NCBI GenBank assembly: GCA_036397095.1
Contig: DASWJQ010000039.1
Coordinates: 1,422 to 65,421, forward strand
From: Anaerolineales bacterium
Lineage (GTDB): Bacteria; Chloroflexota; Anaerolineae; Anaerolineales; E44-bin32
DNA length: 64,000 bases
Direction: 5' to 3'
This document shows, piece by piece, positions 41,182 through 50,537 of this stretch. Position 1 is the stretch's first letter. The number at the start of each line of letters is the position of its first letter. The translations under genes and the position numbers were made by a program. Under the pieces are notes generated by a model. It made no database searches and was not told the DNA's origin. It saw nothing but the letters and a program-made list of their open reading frames with translations.

Positions 41182-41987
41182 TGGGCCGAGCGGCCGACCG
41201 CGTAATGACCGGACTGCCTTCCCTCTTCCGGCTCGACCAGCAGGTTGCCATCGTCACCGGCGGCGGCCGCGGGCTGGGTCTGGCGATGGCACAGGCGCTT
41301 AGTGAGGCCGGCGCCGCCGTCGCCATCTTCGAGGTCGACCGGGAGACGGGCCAGGCCGCCGCCGAGGGCCTGACGGCCGCCGGCGGGCGATCATGGGCCA
41401 TGCCGGTGGACGTCGGCCGGGCCGACCAAATCGAAGCGGCGCTCGATCGATGCGAAGCCGAGTTGGGACAACCCACCATTCTGGTCAACAACGCCGGCGT
41501 CACCAGCAACTCGCCGTTCGAAGATCTACCGGCCGACGATTGGCAACGAGTCATCGACATCAATCTGGGCGGTGTTTTCCGCACCACGCAGGCGCTAGGC
41601 CGGCGGTTGATGGAAGGCGGCGCCGGCGGTTCGATCATCAACGTCGCTTCCATTTCGGGTCTGGTCGGCAATCGTGGCGGCAACAACAGCCACTACTGCG
41701 CCAGCAAGGGCGGCGTCATCGCATTGACCCGCTCGCTCGCAATCGAGTGGGCGCCGCACGGCATCCGCTTGAACGCCATCGCACCCGGCTACTTCGTCAC
41801 CCCCATGACCGACCAGCTCAGAATCCGAGATGCCCGCTTTTATCAGGAGCTGGTCGACCGTGTGCCGCTTGGCCGTTTTGGTCAGGGGTCGGATCTGGCC
41901 GGCGCCGTTGTCTTCCTGGCCAGCCAGGCGTCGGCCTTTGTCACCGGCCACACCCTGGTCGTCGACGGCGGCTACACGGCCTGGTAG
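41181..41987 (+). CDS. SDR family oxidoreductase (KduD / gluconate 5-dehydrogenase-like)
   Basis: VAIVTGGGRGLG, LVNNAGV, INVASISG, YCASKGGV, and a tail GHTLVVDGGYTAW closely resembling KduD/IdnO. Confidence 0.8.
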   Translation: MGRAADRVMTGLPSLFRLDQQVAIVTGGGRGLGLAMAQALSEAGAAVAIFEVDRETGQAAAEGLTAAGGRSWAMPVDVGRADQIEAALDRCEAELGQPTILVNNAGVTSNSPFEDLPADDWQRVIDINLGGVFRTTQALGRRLMEGGAGGSIINVASISGLVGNRGGNNSHYCASKGGVIALTRSLAIEWAPHGIRLNAIAPGYFVTPMTDQLRIRDARFYQELVDRVPLGRFGQGSDLAGAVVFLASQASAFVTGHTLVVDGGYTAW

Positions 41988-41999
41988 GGAGGAGTACGG

Positions 42000-43001
42000 A
42001 TGACCAGCAGCCTCGTCCCCGAACCCGCCGGCATCGCCAGCGTCCCCATGTTGCGGGCGCCCAGCGACCGGCGCAACCGGATCTTGTCGGCGGCTGCCAT
42101 CTGGGTGGTGTTGGCGATCTTGATAGTTGCAGCCTCGCTGGTGTCCCCCAACTTCCTGACCACCCGCAACCTGACCGTGCTGCTCAAACAGGCCGCCCCG
42201 CTCGGCGTCCTGGCCGTCGGACAGACAATTGTCATCCTGACCGGCGGCATCGACCTGTCGGTCGCCTCGGTCATGGCCACCGTTTCCATCTTCGCCGCCG
42301 GCATCACCAATGGCCGGGAGGAATTGGTATGGCCGGTGGTCGCCTTTTGTTTGGTATTCTCGGCGGCCGTTGGTCTGGCCAACGGCCTGATTGTCACCAA
42401 GCTCAAGATCCCGCCCTTCATTGCCACCCTCGGCATGATTCTGATCGTGCAGGGCATCCGCTTCTCCTACTCGGGTGGCACGCCGAAAACCTACATTCCT
42501 GATGTGCTCCGTTTCTGGGGGCGGGATTCGATTGGACCGGTGCCGATGGCCCTGATCACCTGGCTGCTGATCGCCGGCATCGCCACCTTTGTGCTGGCCC
42601 GCACGACCTTTGGCCGCCGCTTGTACGCCGTCGGCGGCAACGTGCGGGCAGCCTACCTGGCCGGCGTCAGCGTTGACCGCATCAAGATCGCCGCCTACAC
42701 GGTGTGCAGCTTCCTGGCGGGCATCGCCGGTCTGGTGCTGGTCGGCTACGTCGGCACCGCCGACAACTGGCTCGGGGAAGGCTATGAGCTGAACGCCATC
42801 GCCGCCGTCGTCGTCGGCGGCGCCGCCTTTGAGGGCGGCAAGGGCAGCCAACTTGGCACAATCGGCGGCGTGCTCATTCTGACAGTGCTTTTCAACCTGG
42901 TGCTCATGCTCCAGTTTCAGGAGGAATCGCGCAGGATCGTGAAAGGTCTGGTGATCCTGTTTGCGGTCGCCCTCTACGCCCGCCTACGAACGCGGCGCTA
43001 G
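42000..43001 (+). CDS. Sugar ABC transporter permease (RbsC/AraH-type)
   Basis: 333 aa, about 10 TM helices, with the GGIDLSVASVMA motif of the ribose-type permease family. Confidence 0.85.
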   Translation: MTSSLVPEPAGIASVPMLRAPSDRRNRILSAAAIWVVLAILIVAASLVSPNFLTTRNLTVLLKQAAPLGVLAVGQTIVILTGGIDLSVASVMATVSIFAAGITNGREELVWPVVAFCLVFSAAVGLANGLIVTKLKIPPFIATLGMILIVQGIRFSYSGGTPKTYIPDVLRFWGRDSIGPVPMALITWLLIAGIATFVLARTTFGRRLYAVGGNVRAAYLAGVSVDRIKIAAYTVCSFLAGIAGLVLVGYVGTADNWLGEGYELNAIAAVVVGGAAFEGGKGSQLGTIGGVLILTVLFNLVLMLQFQEESRRIVKGLVILFAVALYARLRTRR

Positions 43002-43130
43002 AGGTTGGTCCACGGCTGGGGGCAGCCAATTCATCATCGGAAGGAGGCACCAACTACTACTCTGGCTGGCAATGCACTACCCACAACGTGCAAGCGTTGC
43101 ACCCAATGACCCCCTAGGAGGACGAGAAAG

Positions 43131-44264
43131 ATGTCTATCCGCAAAAGCATGACTCTGCTGTCCCTGCTCGTGGTGCTGGCCTTACTGCTGGCAGCCTGCG
43201 GGACCGCAACGCAAGCTCCGGCCCCGGTAGTTGAAGAGCCCGCTGCCGAAGAGCCGATGGAAGAGCCGGCCGCAGGGCCGATCTCGGTTGAGCCCGATGC
43301 CGACGGCATGATCGACACCACGCCGTTTGCCAAGGACCCGCCGTACACCATCTGCTTCAGCAACGCCTCGATTGCCAATGCCTGGCGCGTCGCCATGGTG
43401 CAAAACTTCGAATATGGCATTCAGGAGGCCGAAGAGGCCGGCCTGATCGAGGAGTACCTGTACACCGACGCCAATGACGACCCCAACAAGCAGATCGGTG
43501 ACATCGAAGACCTGCTGACCAAGGGCTGTGACGTGCTGATTATCAGCGCGGCTGCCCAGGATGTGGTCGACCCCGGTGCCAAGCAAGCGATGGACCAGGG
43601 TGTGCCGGTCATCACACTTGACCGTGACGTCAGCAGCCCGGCTAACCGGGTTGCCTACGTTGATGGCGACTCCTGCTTCATGGGCACCGCCCAGGCGGAG
43701 TGGCTGGTCGAGGAACTGGGCGGCGAGGGCGATATCGTCCTGCTGTCCGGTGTGGCTGGCGCCAGCCCCGCTGAAGAGCGGCTGCGCTGCGCCCGCGAAG
43801 TCTTCGCCGCCAACCCCGGCATCGTTGAACTGGCCCATGCCTACACGGACTGGTCGCCGACTGGCGGTCAGGCCCAGATGGAAGCCTGGATCACCCAGTT
43901 TGGCGAGCAGATCGACGGCATCTGGTCCGACAGTGCGCTGCAAACCGTGGGCGCAGTCGAGGCCCTGCTGGCCGCCGAAATGACGGTCCCACCGATCACC
44001 GGTGAGGACTGGGCGCTGTTCCTGCACCAGGCGGTGGACAACGACTTCCCGTTCGCCGGAGTCAGCTTCCCCAACCGCATGGGCTACTTTGCAGTCGTCG
44101 ATGCGCTGGCGCTGCTCCAGGGCGAGCCGATCCCGTTCCACCATCAGGTGGTGGGCATCGTGATCACCATCGAGAACCTGGACGAGTACTACAACACCAG
44201 CATGTCGGATGAGCTTTGGCTCGACATGCTGCCCGAGGTTCGCGAGGAGTTCTACGGCGGCTAA
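43131..44264 (+). CDS. Sugar ABC transporter substrate-binding lipoprotein (periplasmic-binding protein type I)
   Basis: LLAACG lipobox, a Pro/Glu-rich linker and a type I PBP pattern (ICFSNASIANAWR..., DVLIISAA, VPVITLDRDV). Confidence 0.8.
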   Translation: MSIRKSMTLLSLLVVLALLLAACGTATQAPAPVVEEPAAEEPMEEPAAGPISVEPDADGMIDTTPFAKDPPYTICFSNASIANAWRVAMVQNFEYGIQEAEEAGLIEEYLYTDANDDPNKQIGDIEDLLTKGCDVLIISAAAQDVVDPGAKQAMDQGVPVITLDRDVSSPANRVAYVDGDSCFMGTAQAEWLVEELGGEGDIVLLSGVAGASPAEERLRCAREVFAANPGIVELAHAYTDWSPTGGQAQMEAWITQFGEQIDGIWSDSALQTVGAVEALLAAEMTVPPITGEDWALFLHQAVDNDFPFAGVSFPNRMGYFAVVDALALLQGEPIPFHHQVVGIVITIENLDEYYNTSMSDELWLDMLPEVREEFYGG

Positions 44265-44289
44265 ATCCCGCCGGCAAGACCGAACAAGT

Positions 44290-44324
44290 CTGCTGGCCGG
44301 AAGGCTCGGCCTTCCGGCCAGCAG
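44290..44324 (+). terminator. Intra-operon hairpin after the binding-protein gene
   Basis: CTGCTGGCCGGAAGGC-TCG-GCCTTCCGGCCAGCAG forms a 16-bp perfect stem, followed by GTTTCACC (weak T tract). Confidence 0.5.
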
Positions 44325-44358
44325 GTTTCACCAATCATCTTGGCGTGAGGTGCACGGC

Positions 44359-45858
44359 GTGACCGACCTGATTGAGATGCGGAACATAACCAAATCCTTC
44401 CCTGGCGTGGTCGCCTTGGAAGACGTCTCCTTCAGCTGCCGCGCCGGCGAAGTGCATGCCGTCGTCGGTGAAAACGGCGCCGGTAAGTCGACCTTGATGA
44501 AGGTCCTGGCCGGGGTATACCAACCCGACAGCGGCCAGATCTTGATCGACGGCCAACCTGTGCATATGGCCAGCCCGCACGCGGCCCAAGGGCTGGGCAT
44601 CAGCATCATCTATCAGGAGCTCAATCTGCTGGCCGATATGAACCTGGCCCAAAACGTCTTCCTCGGGCGCGAGCCGCACAGCCGGCTCGGCTTGACCGAT
44701 GACAAAGAACTCGAGGTTCGGGCGCGTGACATCCTTCGCCGGCTGGGTATCGACCTCGATCCCCGCACCCGGCTCGGCCGGCTCAGCGTCGCCCAGCAGC
44801 AGATGGTCGAAATCGCCAAGGCCCTGTCCCTCAACGCCCGTGTGGTCATTATGGACGAGCCGTCGGCCGCCCTTGGTGGCCGCGACCTGGATTACCTCTT
44901 CGACGTCATCCGCGCCCTCAAGGAACAAGGCGTCGGTGTGATCTACATTTCCCACCGCATCGCCGAGGTCTTCACGGTGGCCGACCGCGTCACGGTCTTC
45001 AAGGACGCCAAGGTCGTCGGCACCCACAGCGTCAGCCAGATCGACCGGGGCACCCTGGTACGGCTGATGATCGGCAAGACCTTCTCCGAAACCTTCCCGC
45101 CGCGCGGCGCTGAGGCCGGACCGGAGGTGCTGCGCGTCGAAAAGCTGTCGGTCAACACCGAGCTGCGCGATGTCAACCTGGTCGTGCGCGGCGGTGAAAT
45201 CGTCGGCATCGCCGGACTGGTCGGCGCCGGCCGGACCAAACTGGCTCATGCCATCTTCGGCACCTGCAAATTGGACCATGGACTTATTCACATTAATGGC
45301 ATGCCGAGCCGGATCTCCTCCCCGCGCCATGCGTTGCGCCATCGCATGGGCTTTCTGACGGAAGACCGCAACGCCGAAGGACTGGTGCTGGGCCAGACCG
45401 TGCTGCACAACGCGGCCCTGCCCAGCCTGGGCAATCGCCAGCGCTGGGGGGTAGTCAACCGCAAAGTCGAGCGCGACGTGATCAACCAGACCACCAGCGG
45501 TTTGCGCTTGCGGGCGCCCAGCCTGGCGGCCGAGGTTGAGAACCTGAGCGGTGGCAACCGGCAGAAGGTCGTGCTGGCCAAGTGGCTGATCAGCCAGCCA
45601 GAGCTGCTCATTTTCGATGAGCCAACCCGCGGCATTGACGTCGGCGCCAAGGGCGATATCTGGCAGCTGATGCGCGACCTGGCCAACGAGGGCAAAGCCA
45701 TCCTGATGATCTCATCCGAGCTGCCCGAGATTATTGGCATGAGCGACCGGATTTACGTGATGCACAGCGGCACGATCGTCGGCGAACGCCGGGGGGCCGA
45801 AGCCAACGAAGAGGACGTCATGATGCTCGCCACCTACGGCCAAGATCATGGCCACTGA
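44359..45858 (+). CDS. Sugar ABC transporter ATP-binding protein (duplicated ATPase, RbsA-type)
   Basis: Two Walker A sites (GENGAGKST; GLVGAGRT), signature motifs (LSVAQQQ; LSGGNRQK) and Walker B (VIMDEPS; LIFDEPT). GTG 44359 was chosen because GAGG lies 8 nt upstream. Confidence 0.85.
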   Translation: MTDLIEMRNITKSFPGVVALEDVSFSCRAGEVHAVVGENGAGKSTLMKVLAGVYQPDSGQILIDGQPVHMASPHAAQGLGISIIYQELNLLADMNLAQNVFLGREPHSRLGLTDDKELEVRARDILRRLGIDLDPRTRLGRLSVAQQQMVEIAKALSLNARVVIMDEPSAALGGRDLDYLFDVIRALKEQGVGVIYISHRIAEVFTVADRVTVFKDAKVVGTHSVSQIDRGTLVRLMIGKTFSETFPPRGAEAGPEVLRVEKLSVNTELRDVNLVVRGGEIVGIAGLVGAGRTKLAHAIFGTCKLDHGLIHINGMPSRISSPRHALRHRMGFLTEDRNAEGLVLGQTVLHNAALPSLGNRQRWGVVNRKVERDVINQTTSGLRLRAPSLAAEVENLSGGNRQKVVLAKWLISQPELLIFDEPTRGIDVGAKGDIWQLMRDLANEGKAILMISSELPEIIGMSDRIYVMHSGTIVGERRGAEANEEDVMMLATYGQDHGH

Positions 45859-46849
45859 GATCATCCGGGCCCGACCTCCAGCCAGCCGGTTTCAGCGGTT
45901 GTGGGATGAGCAGCGCGACGTCATCATCATTTACGGCTTGCTGCTGACCATGGTGCTGCTGGCGGCCATCTTCCTGCCCGACTTCAGGCTCGGCCGCAAT
46001 CTGTCCAACGTACTGCGCCAGAGCGTGGCGCTGGGTATTGTCAGCATCGGCCAAACGGTCGGTATCCTGATCGGGGGCATCGACCTGTCTGTCGGCGCCA
46101 CCATCAGCCTGGTCAACGTCTACGCCACCGGCTTCATGGCCAACTACACCACGCCGGTCCAGGTGGCCGGCATGGTGGTGGCCCTGCTGGCACTGGGGTT
46201 GGTCATCGGCGCCGTCAACGCCACCGTCATCACCCGGCTGCAGGTGGCCCCTTTCATTGCCACCATGGGCATAGGCGCCATCCTGCAGGGCATGGTGCTG
46301 CTGTACGCCAAGAAGCCCGGCGGCAGCATCGCCCCCGGCTGGGATTTCTTCGCCTTTGGCATGGTTGGCCCGGTGCCGTTCCCGGTGATCTTTACCGCGG
46401 TGCTGGTGGGCATCACCTGGCTGGCGCTGACTAAGACCGTCTGGGGCCGACACGTCAAAGCCACTGGCGGCAGCGAGCTGATCGCTCGCCTGTCGGGTGT
46501 TGAAACCCGCCGCGTGATGACCTATGCCTATATGTTCTGCAGCTTCATGGCCGCCATGACCGGGCTCTACCTGGCGAGCCGGATGGGGGCCGGCGACCCC
46601 GGTGTCGGCGGTCTCAACTACGACCGCTTCGACCTGGATTCGATTGCCGCTGTGCTGATTGGCGGTACCCGCCTCGGTGGCGGCAAGGGGAGCGTAATCG
46701 GCACGATTGCCGGTGTCCTGATTGTCTCGGTCCTGAACAACATTTTCAACCTGGTCGGCGTCAACCCCTACATTCAATGGATCATCAAGGGCTTGATCCT
46801 GTTGGGCGCGGTCGCTATCTACTCGGCACGCAGCAGCTCCCGGTCGTGA
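45848..46849 (+). CDS. Sugar ABC transporter permease (second RbsC-type subunit)
   Basis: 333 aa with the GGIDLSVGATISL motif. Overlaps the ATPase stop codon. Confidence 0.85.
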   Translation: MATEIIRARPPASRFQRLWDEQRDVIIIYGLLLTMVLLAAIFLPDFRLGRNLSNVLRQSVALGIVSIGQTVGILIGGIDLSVGATISLVNVYATGFMANYTTPVQVAGMVVALLALGLVIGAVNATVITRLQVAPFIATMGIGAILQGMVLLYAKKPGGSIAPGWDFFAFGMVGPVPFPVIFTAVLVGITWLALTKTVWGRHVKATGGSELIARLSGVETRRVMTYAYMFCSFMAAMTGLYLASRMGAGDPGVGGLNYDRFDLDSIAAVLIGGTRLGGGKGSVIGTIAGVLIVSVLNNIFNLVGVNPYIQWIIKGLILLGAVAIYSARSSSRS

Positions 46850-46860
46850 ATCCTTGGCCA

Positions 46861-47697
46861 ATGGACGCCGCCCGCAACTACGCCCCAAACGTCAGCTGGC
46901 TTTTCCCCGAGCTGCCCTTCGCCGAGCGCCTGGCCTCGGTGAGTGCCTTGGGCTTTCGGGCGATCGAATTCGGTTTCCCAAGTCAGGCTGATATCGAGGC
47001 GCTGGCAGCCGCCCAGCGGCACGACGGGTTGACCATCGTGCTCTTCAACCAGGATGTGCCGGTGTGGGATGGGGCCAACCGCGGCTACCTGGTCGACCCG
47101 GCCCGCCGCCATGAATTCGATCGCCAGCTCGACCGCGCCCTGGATATCGCCGAGCGGCTGCACGTTGCCAAGATCATGCTGCCGGCTGGCGTTCGCCTAC
47201 CGGCGCTTGCTCGGCAAGCCCAGGTCGATTGCCTGCTCGCCAATCTGGCCCTTGCCGCGCCGCGGGCCGCTTCGGCCGGCGTGCTGCTTACCTTGGAAAT
47301 GCTCAACCCGGCCGATAACCCGGGCTATTTTCTGGACAGCACCAGCGAAACACTCGATCTGGTCAAGCAAGTTAATCATCCCAACATCCGATTTCAATTT
47401 GACAGCTACCATGTCCAGCGAATGGAAGGCGACCCAGTCGAGCGGCTGGCGGGCATCGGCCCCTGGTTGGGCCACGTGCAGTTCGCCGATGAGCCGGGAC
47501 GACACGAGCCGGGCACTGGCAAAATCGATTTCAACCGCCTGACCAGATGGCTGGCCGATGAGGGCTACCACGATTGGATCGGGCTTGAGTACGTACCCCA
47601 ACAACCCGGGGCGGCCGCGCTGGCCTGGTGCTTGCCGGCCACCCCGGCCTCCGACCCCACCAACATCCAAGCAAACGCCACAAGGAGGCAAGAATGA
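46861..47697 (+). CDS. Hydroxypyruvate isomerase family TIM-barrel enzyme (Hyi/OtnI-like)
   Basis: Collinear with E. coli Hyi: N.SWLF.E..F..R...A...GF...EF.FP, LEMLN, IRFQFDSYHVQRMEGD, HVQFAD.PGRHEPGTG.IDF and WIGLEY.P. Confidence 0.8.
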   Translation: MDAARNYAPNVSWLFPELPFAERLASVSALGFRAIEFGFPSQADIEALAAAQRHDGLTIVLFNQDVPVWDGANRGYLVDPARRHEFDRQLDRALDIAERLHVAKIMLPAGVRLPALARQAQVDCLLANLALAAPRAASAGVLLTLEMLNPADNPGYFLDSTSETLDLVKQVNHPNIRFQFDSYHVQRMEGDPVERLAGIGPWLGHVQFADEPGRHEPGTGKIDFNRLTRWLADEGYHDWIGLEYVPQQPGAAALAWCLPATPASDPTNIQANATRRQE

Positions 47698-48518
47698 GTC
47701 CGCTGTACAAGGCGCCGTCAGAGCACGGCCACCACACTGTGTTTAAGCCTGGCCAGGACGGCATCGAGTGGCTTGGCCTTGATATGCTCCGTCTGAAAGC
47801 CGGCGAGAGATGGCAAGGTTCCTTCGGCCAGGTCGAGACTGCTTTCGTGATCCTGGGCGGCCGCTGCCATCTCACCCTGGCCGGCCCCCAGCCCAATACA
47901 TGGCACAACTTGGGCGGCCGGGCCGACGTCTTTAGCGGCGCCGGCACCACCGTCTACCTGCCGCCTAAGGCCGAGATCGAGGTCGAGGCCGTCAGCGGGC
48001 TGGAAGTTGCGCTGGCCAGCTCACCGTGCGACGTAGAACTGCCGCCAGTTGTGATCGGACCAGATGACGTCAAAGTGATCTCGGCTGGCGCCTCGAACTG
48101 GCGCCGCGACGTTCGGCTGATGATTCCGCCGGGCTCCCCCATCAGCCAGCGCATGATCGTCGGCGAAACGCTCAACCCGCCAGGCAATTGGTCGGGCGTG
48201 CCGCCGCACAAGCACGACCTGAACTCCGACATTGAGAACTTCCTCGAGGAGTTCTACCTGTTCAAGGCCAGGCCGGGCGACGGCTACGGGGTCCAACTGA
48301 TGTACCACGATGACCAGGGCGAAGGCCTGCTGGTTGGCGACAACAGGGTCAGCGTTATGCTCAAGGGCTACCACCCGACGGTGGCCGCCCCCGGCGTTAC
48401 CCTGTGCTACCTGTGGGTGCTGGCCGGCGAGGTGAAGGACTACGACATCACGATCGATCCGCGCTTCGGCTGGGTCGCCCAGACCGAATCCGTGCTGCGC
48501 GAGAACCGCAACGGCTAG
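47694..48518 (+). CDS. iolB: IolB family isomerase (5-deoxy-glucuronate isomerase-like)
   Basis: GNWSGVPPHKHD, FLEEFYLF and GYHPTVAAPG match B. subtilis IolB (GNWSSYPPHKHD, FLEETYYH, GYHPV). AAGGAGG RBS. ATGA overlap with the upstream gene. Confidence 0.75.
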   Translation: MSPLYKAPSEHGHHTVFKPGQDGIEWLGLDMLRLKAGERWQGSFGQVETAFVILGGRCHLTLAGPQPNTWHNLGGRADVFSGAGTTVYLPPKAEIEVEAVSGLEVALASSPCDVELPPVVIGPDDVKVISAGASNWRRDVRLMIPPGSPISQRMIVGETLNPPGNWSGVPPHKHDLNSDIENFLEEFYLFKARPGDGYGVQLMYHDDQGEGLLVGDNRVSVMLKGYHPTVAAPGVTLCYLWVLAGEVKDYDITIDPRFGWVAQTESVLRENRNG

Positions 48519-48527
48519 GGCGGGACG

Positions 48528-49427
48528 ATGGCCAAGACCTTTCAACCCCGCGGCATCATCCCGGCGATGGTCACGCCGCTGACCAGCGACGACACGATCG
48601 ACGTCGCCGGCCTGACCGCCCTGACCCGCCACCTGATCGAAGGCGGCTGTCATGGCTTGTTCAGCGTCGGCAGCCAAGGGGAGTTCTGGGCGTTGACGGC
48701 CGAGGAAAAACAGCTGACCTGGGAAACGGTCGTGGCCGAGACCAACGGCCAGATCCCGGTGTACGCCGGCAGCAACGCCGTCACCACTCGCGAAGCGGTC
48801 GTCCTGACGCAGCTGGCCGAGCGCTGCGGCGTAGACGCCGTGTCGGTGCTCACACCGTTTTTCATATCACCGACCGATGATCAACTGTTCGCCCATTACC
48901 GGGCGATTGCTGACGCCAGTTCCCTGCCGGTCGTCCTGTACGCCAACCCGGCCCGCACGGCCGTCAAGCTGTCCGTCGATCTGGTCGCCCGGCTGGCCGA
49001 AGTGCCGGGGATCGTCGGCATTAAGGACTCGAGCGGCGATTTGGGCCTGACCGCCGCCTACATCGGTGCCGTTCCCGCCACCTTTTCCGTCTTGATGGGC
49101 AACGACGCACTGATCCTGGCCAGTCTGATTTACGGCACCAAGGGCGCCATCGCCGCCACCGCCAACGTCGTGCCGGACATGGTGGTGGCCATCTACGACC
49201 TGTTCTTGCAGGGAGACATTGGCGGGGCCCGCCAGGCGCAGGACCGGCTGGCAGCGCTGCGGCGGGCCTTCACCTGGGGCACCTTCCCCGTGGTTATCAA
49301 AGAAGCACTGGACTTGATCGGGCTGCCGGCCGGACCGGCGCGGGCCCCGGTCGGTCCCCTTACCGACGACCAACGCCAGCGGCTGCGCCAGCTGCTGGTC
49401 AGCCTGGATCAGGCTGTTGTCGCCTGA
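48528..49427 (+). CDS. DapA/NAL family lyase (dihydrodipicolinate synthase-like; probable 2-keto-3-deoxy-acid aldolase or dehydratase)
   Basis: GIIPAMVTPL....ID...L..L...LI..G.HGLF..GS.GEF, and the GIKDSSGD Schiff-base lysine motif. Confidence 0.8.
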   Translation: MAKTFQPRGIIPAMVTPLTSDDTIDVAGLTALTRHLIEGGCHGLFSVGSQGEFWALTAEEKQLTWETVVAETNGQIPVYAGSNAVTTREAVVLTQLAERCGVDAVSVLTPFFISPTDDQLFAHYRAIADASSLPVVLYANPARTAVKLSVDLVARLAEVPGIVGIKDSSGDLGLTAAYIGAVPATFSVLMGNDALILASLIYGTKGAIAATANVVPDMVVAIYDLFLQGDIGGARQAQDRLAALRRAFTWGTFPVVIKEALDLIGLPAGPARAPVGPLTDDQRQRLRQLLVSLDQAVVA

Positions 49428-49460
49428 CCGGCCTGTGACATAAGGGAGACGATTGCGCTC

Positions 49461-50507
49461 ATGAAGATGAAGGCCGTTCGCAAAACCAGGGCAGAGCCGG
49501 GGCTGGACCTGGTTGAGATCGAGGTCCCTCGGATCCAGCCGGACGAAGTGCTGGTCAAGGTCGAAGCCACTGCCATCTGTGGCACCGATGTCCACTTTTA
49601 CAACTGGGACGCATTTGCCCAGTCCAAGCTCAAGCCGCCAATCACACTCGGCCACGAATTCGCCGGGGAAATTGTCGAAGTTGGTGCGCAGGTCGCCGGG
49701 TACCAGCTTGGCGACTACGTGGCGGCCGATAGCCACATTGTCGACAGCGTTTGCGCCATGTGCCGGATGGGACTACAGCACATCTGCCAAAACCTGAAGA
49801 TCTTCGGCAACGAGGTCGACGGCAGCTTTGCCGAGTACGTCGCCGTCCCCGAAACCTCGCTCTGGCGCCTGTCACGCGACGTCCCGTCGGAGATCGGCGC
49901 CATTATGGAACCGCTGGGTGGCGCTGTGCAGGCCGTATTGATTGAACCGGTGACGGCCCAGAACGTGGTCATCTTTGGCGATGGGCCCATCGGCTTGTTC
50001 GCCGTCGGTGTGGCCAAGGCGGCCGGCGCCCGCAGTGTCACCATGGTCGGCGTCATTGAAACCCGCCTCGAGATCGCCAAGCAGATGGGCGCAGACCGTG
50101 TCTTCAACAACCGGGAGGGGGAGGTTGATCCGGTCGAGGCCATTATGCAGGCAACCGGCGGCCTCGGCGCCGATGTGGTCATCGAGATGTCGGGGGCGCC
50201 CCAGGCGTTCCGGCAGGCCTTCGATACCGTGCGCAAAGGGGGGCGTGTCAGCCTGTTTGGCATTTCATCCGATCCGATGACATTCGACTTCAACTACACC
50301 GTAATCCTGCGCCAGGTGCGCGTCTTTGGTGTGGCCGGCCGCCACATGTGGGACACCTGGTTCATGATGGACGGTTTGCTGGCCTCGGGCAAGCTCGATC
50401 CGAGGCCGGTCATCACCTGCGAACTCAAGCTCGAGGACTTCGACAAGGGATTTGAGCAGATGGTTTCGAAGGAGTGCGGCAAGGTCATTCTGCGGCCGTT
50501 TGCCTAG
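49461..50507 (+). CDS. Zn-dependent MDR dehydrogenase (threonine/sorbitol dehydrogenase-like)
   Basis: ICGTDVHFYNWD......PPITLGHEFAGEIVEVG closely resembles the L-threonine 3-dehydrogenase signature. Structural zinc Cys cluster (CAMCRMGLQHIC) and GDGPIG Rossmann motif. Confidence 0.75.
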   Translation: MKMKAVRKTRAEPGLDLVEIEVPRIQPDEVLVKVEATAICGTDVHFYNWDAFAQSKLKPPITLGHEFAGEIVEVGAQVAGYQLGDYVAADSHIVDSVCAMCRMGLQHICQNLKIFGNEVDGSFAEYVAVPETSLWRLSRDVPSEIGAIMEPLGGAVQAVLIEPVTAQNVVIFGDGPIGLFAVGVAKAAGARSVTMVGVIETRLEIAKQMGADRVFNNREGEVDPVEAIMQATGGLGADVVIEMSGAPQAFRQAFDTVRKGGRVSLFGISSDPMTFDFNYTVILRQVRVFGVAGRHMWDTWFMMDGLLASGKLDPRPVITCELKLEDFDKGFEQMVSKECGKVILRPFA

Positions 50508-50537
50508 GCCGGAAGACGCAGTCACAAGGAGCGTGCA

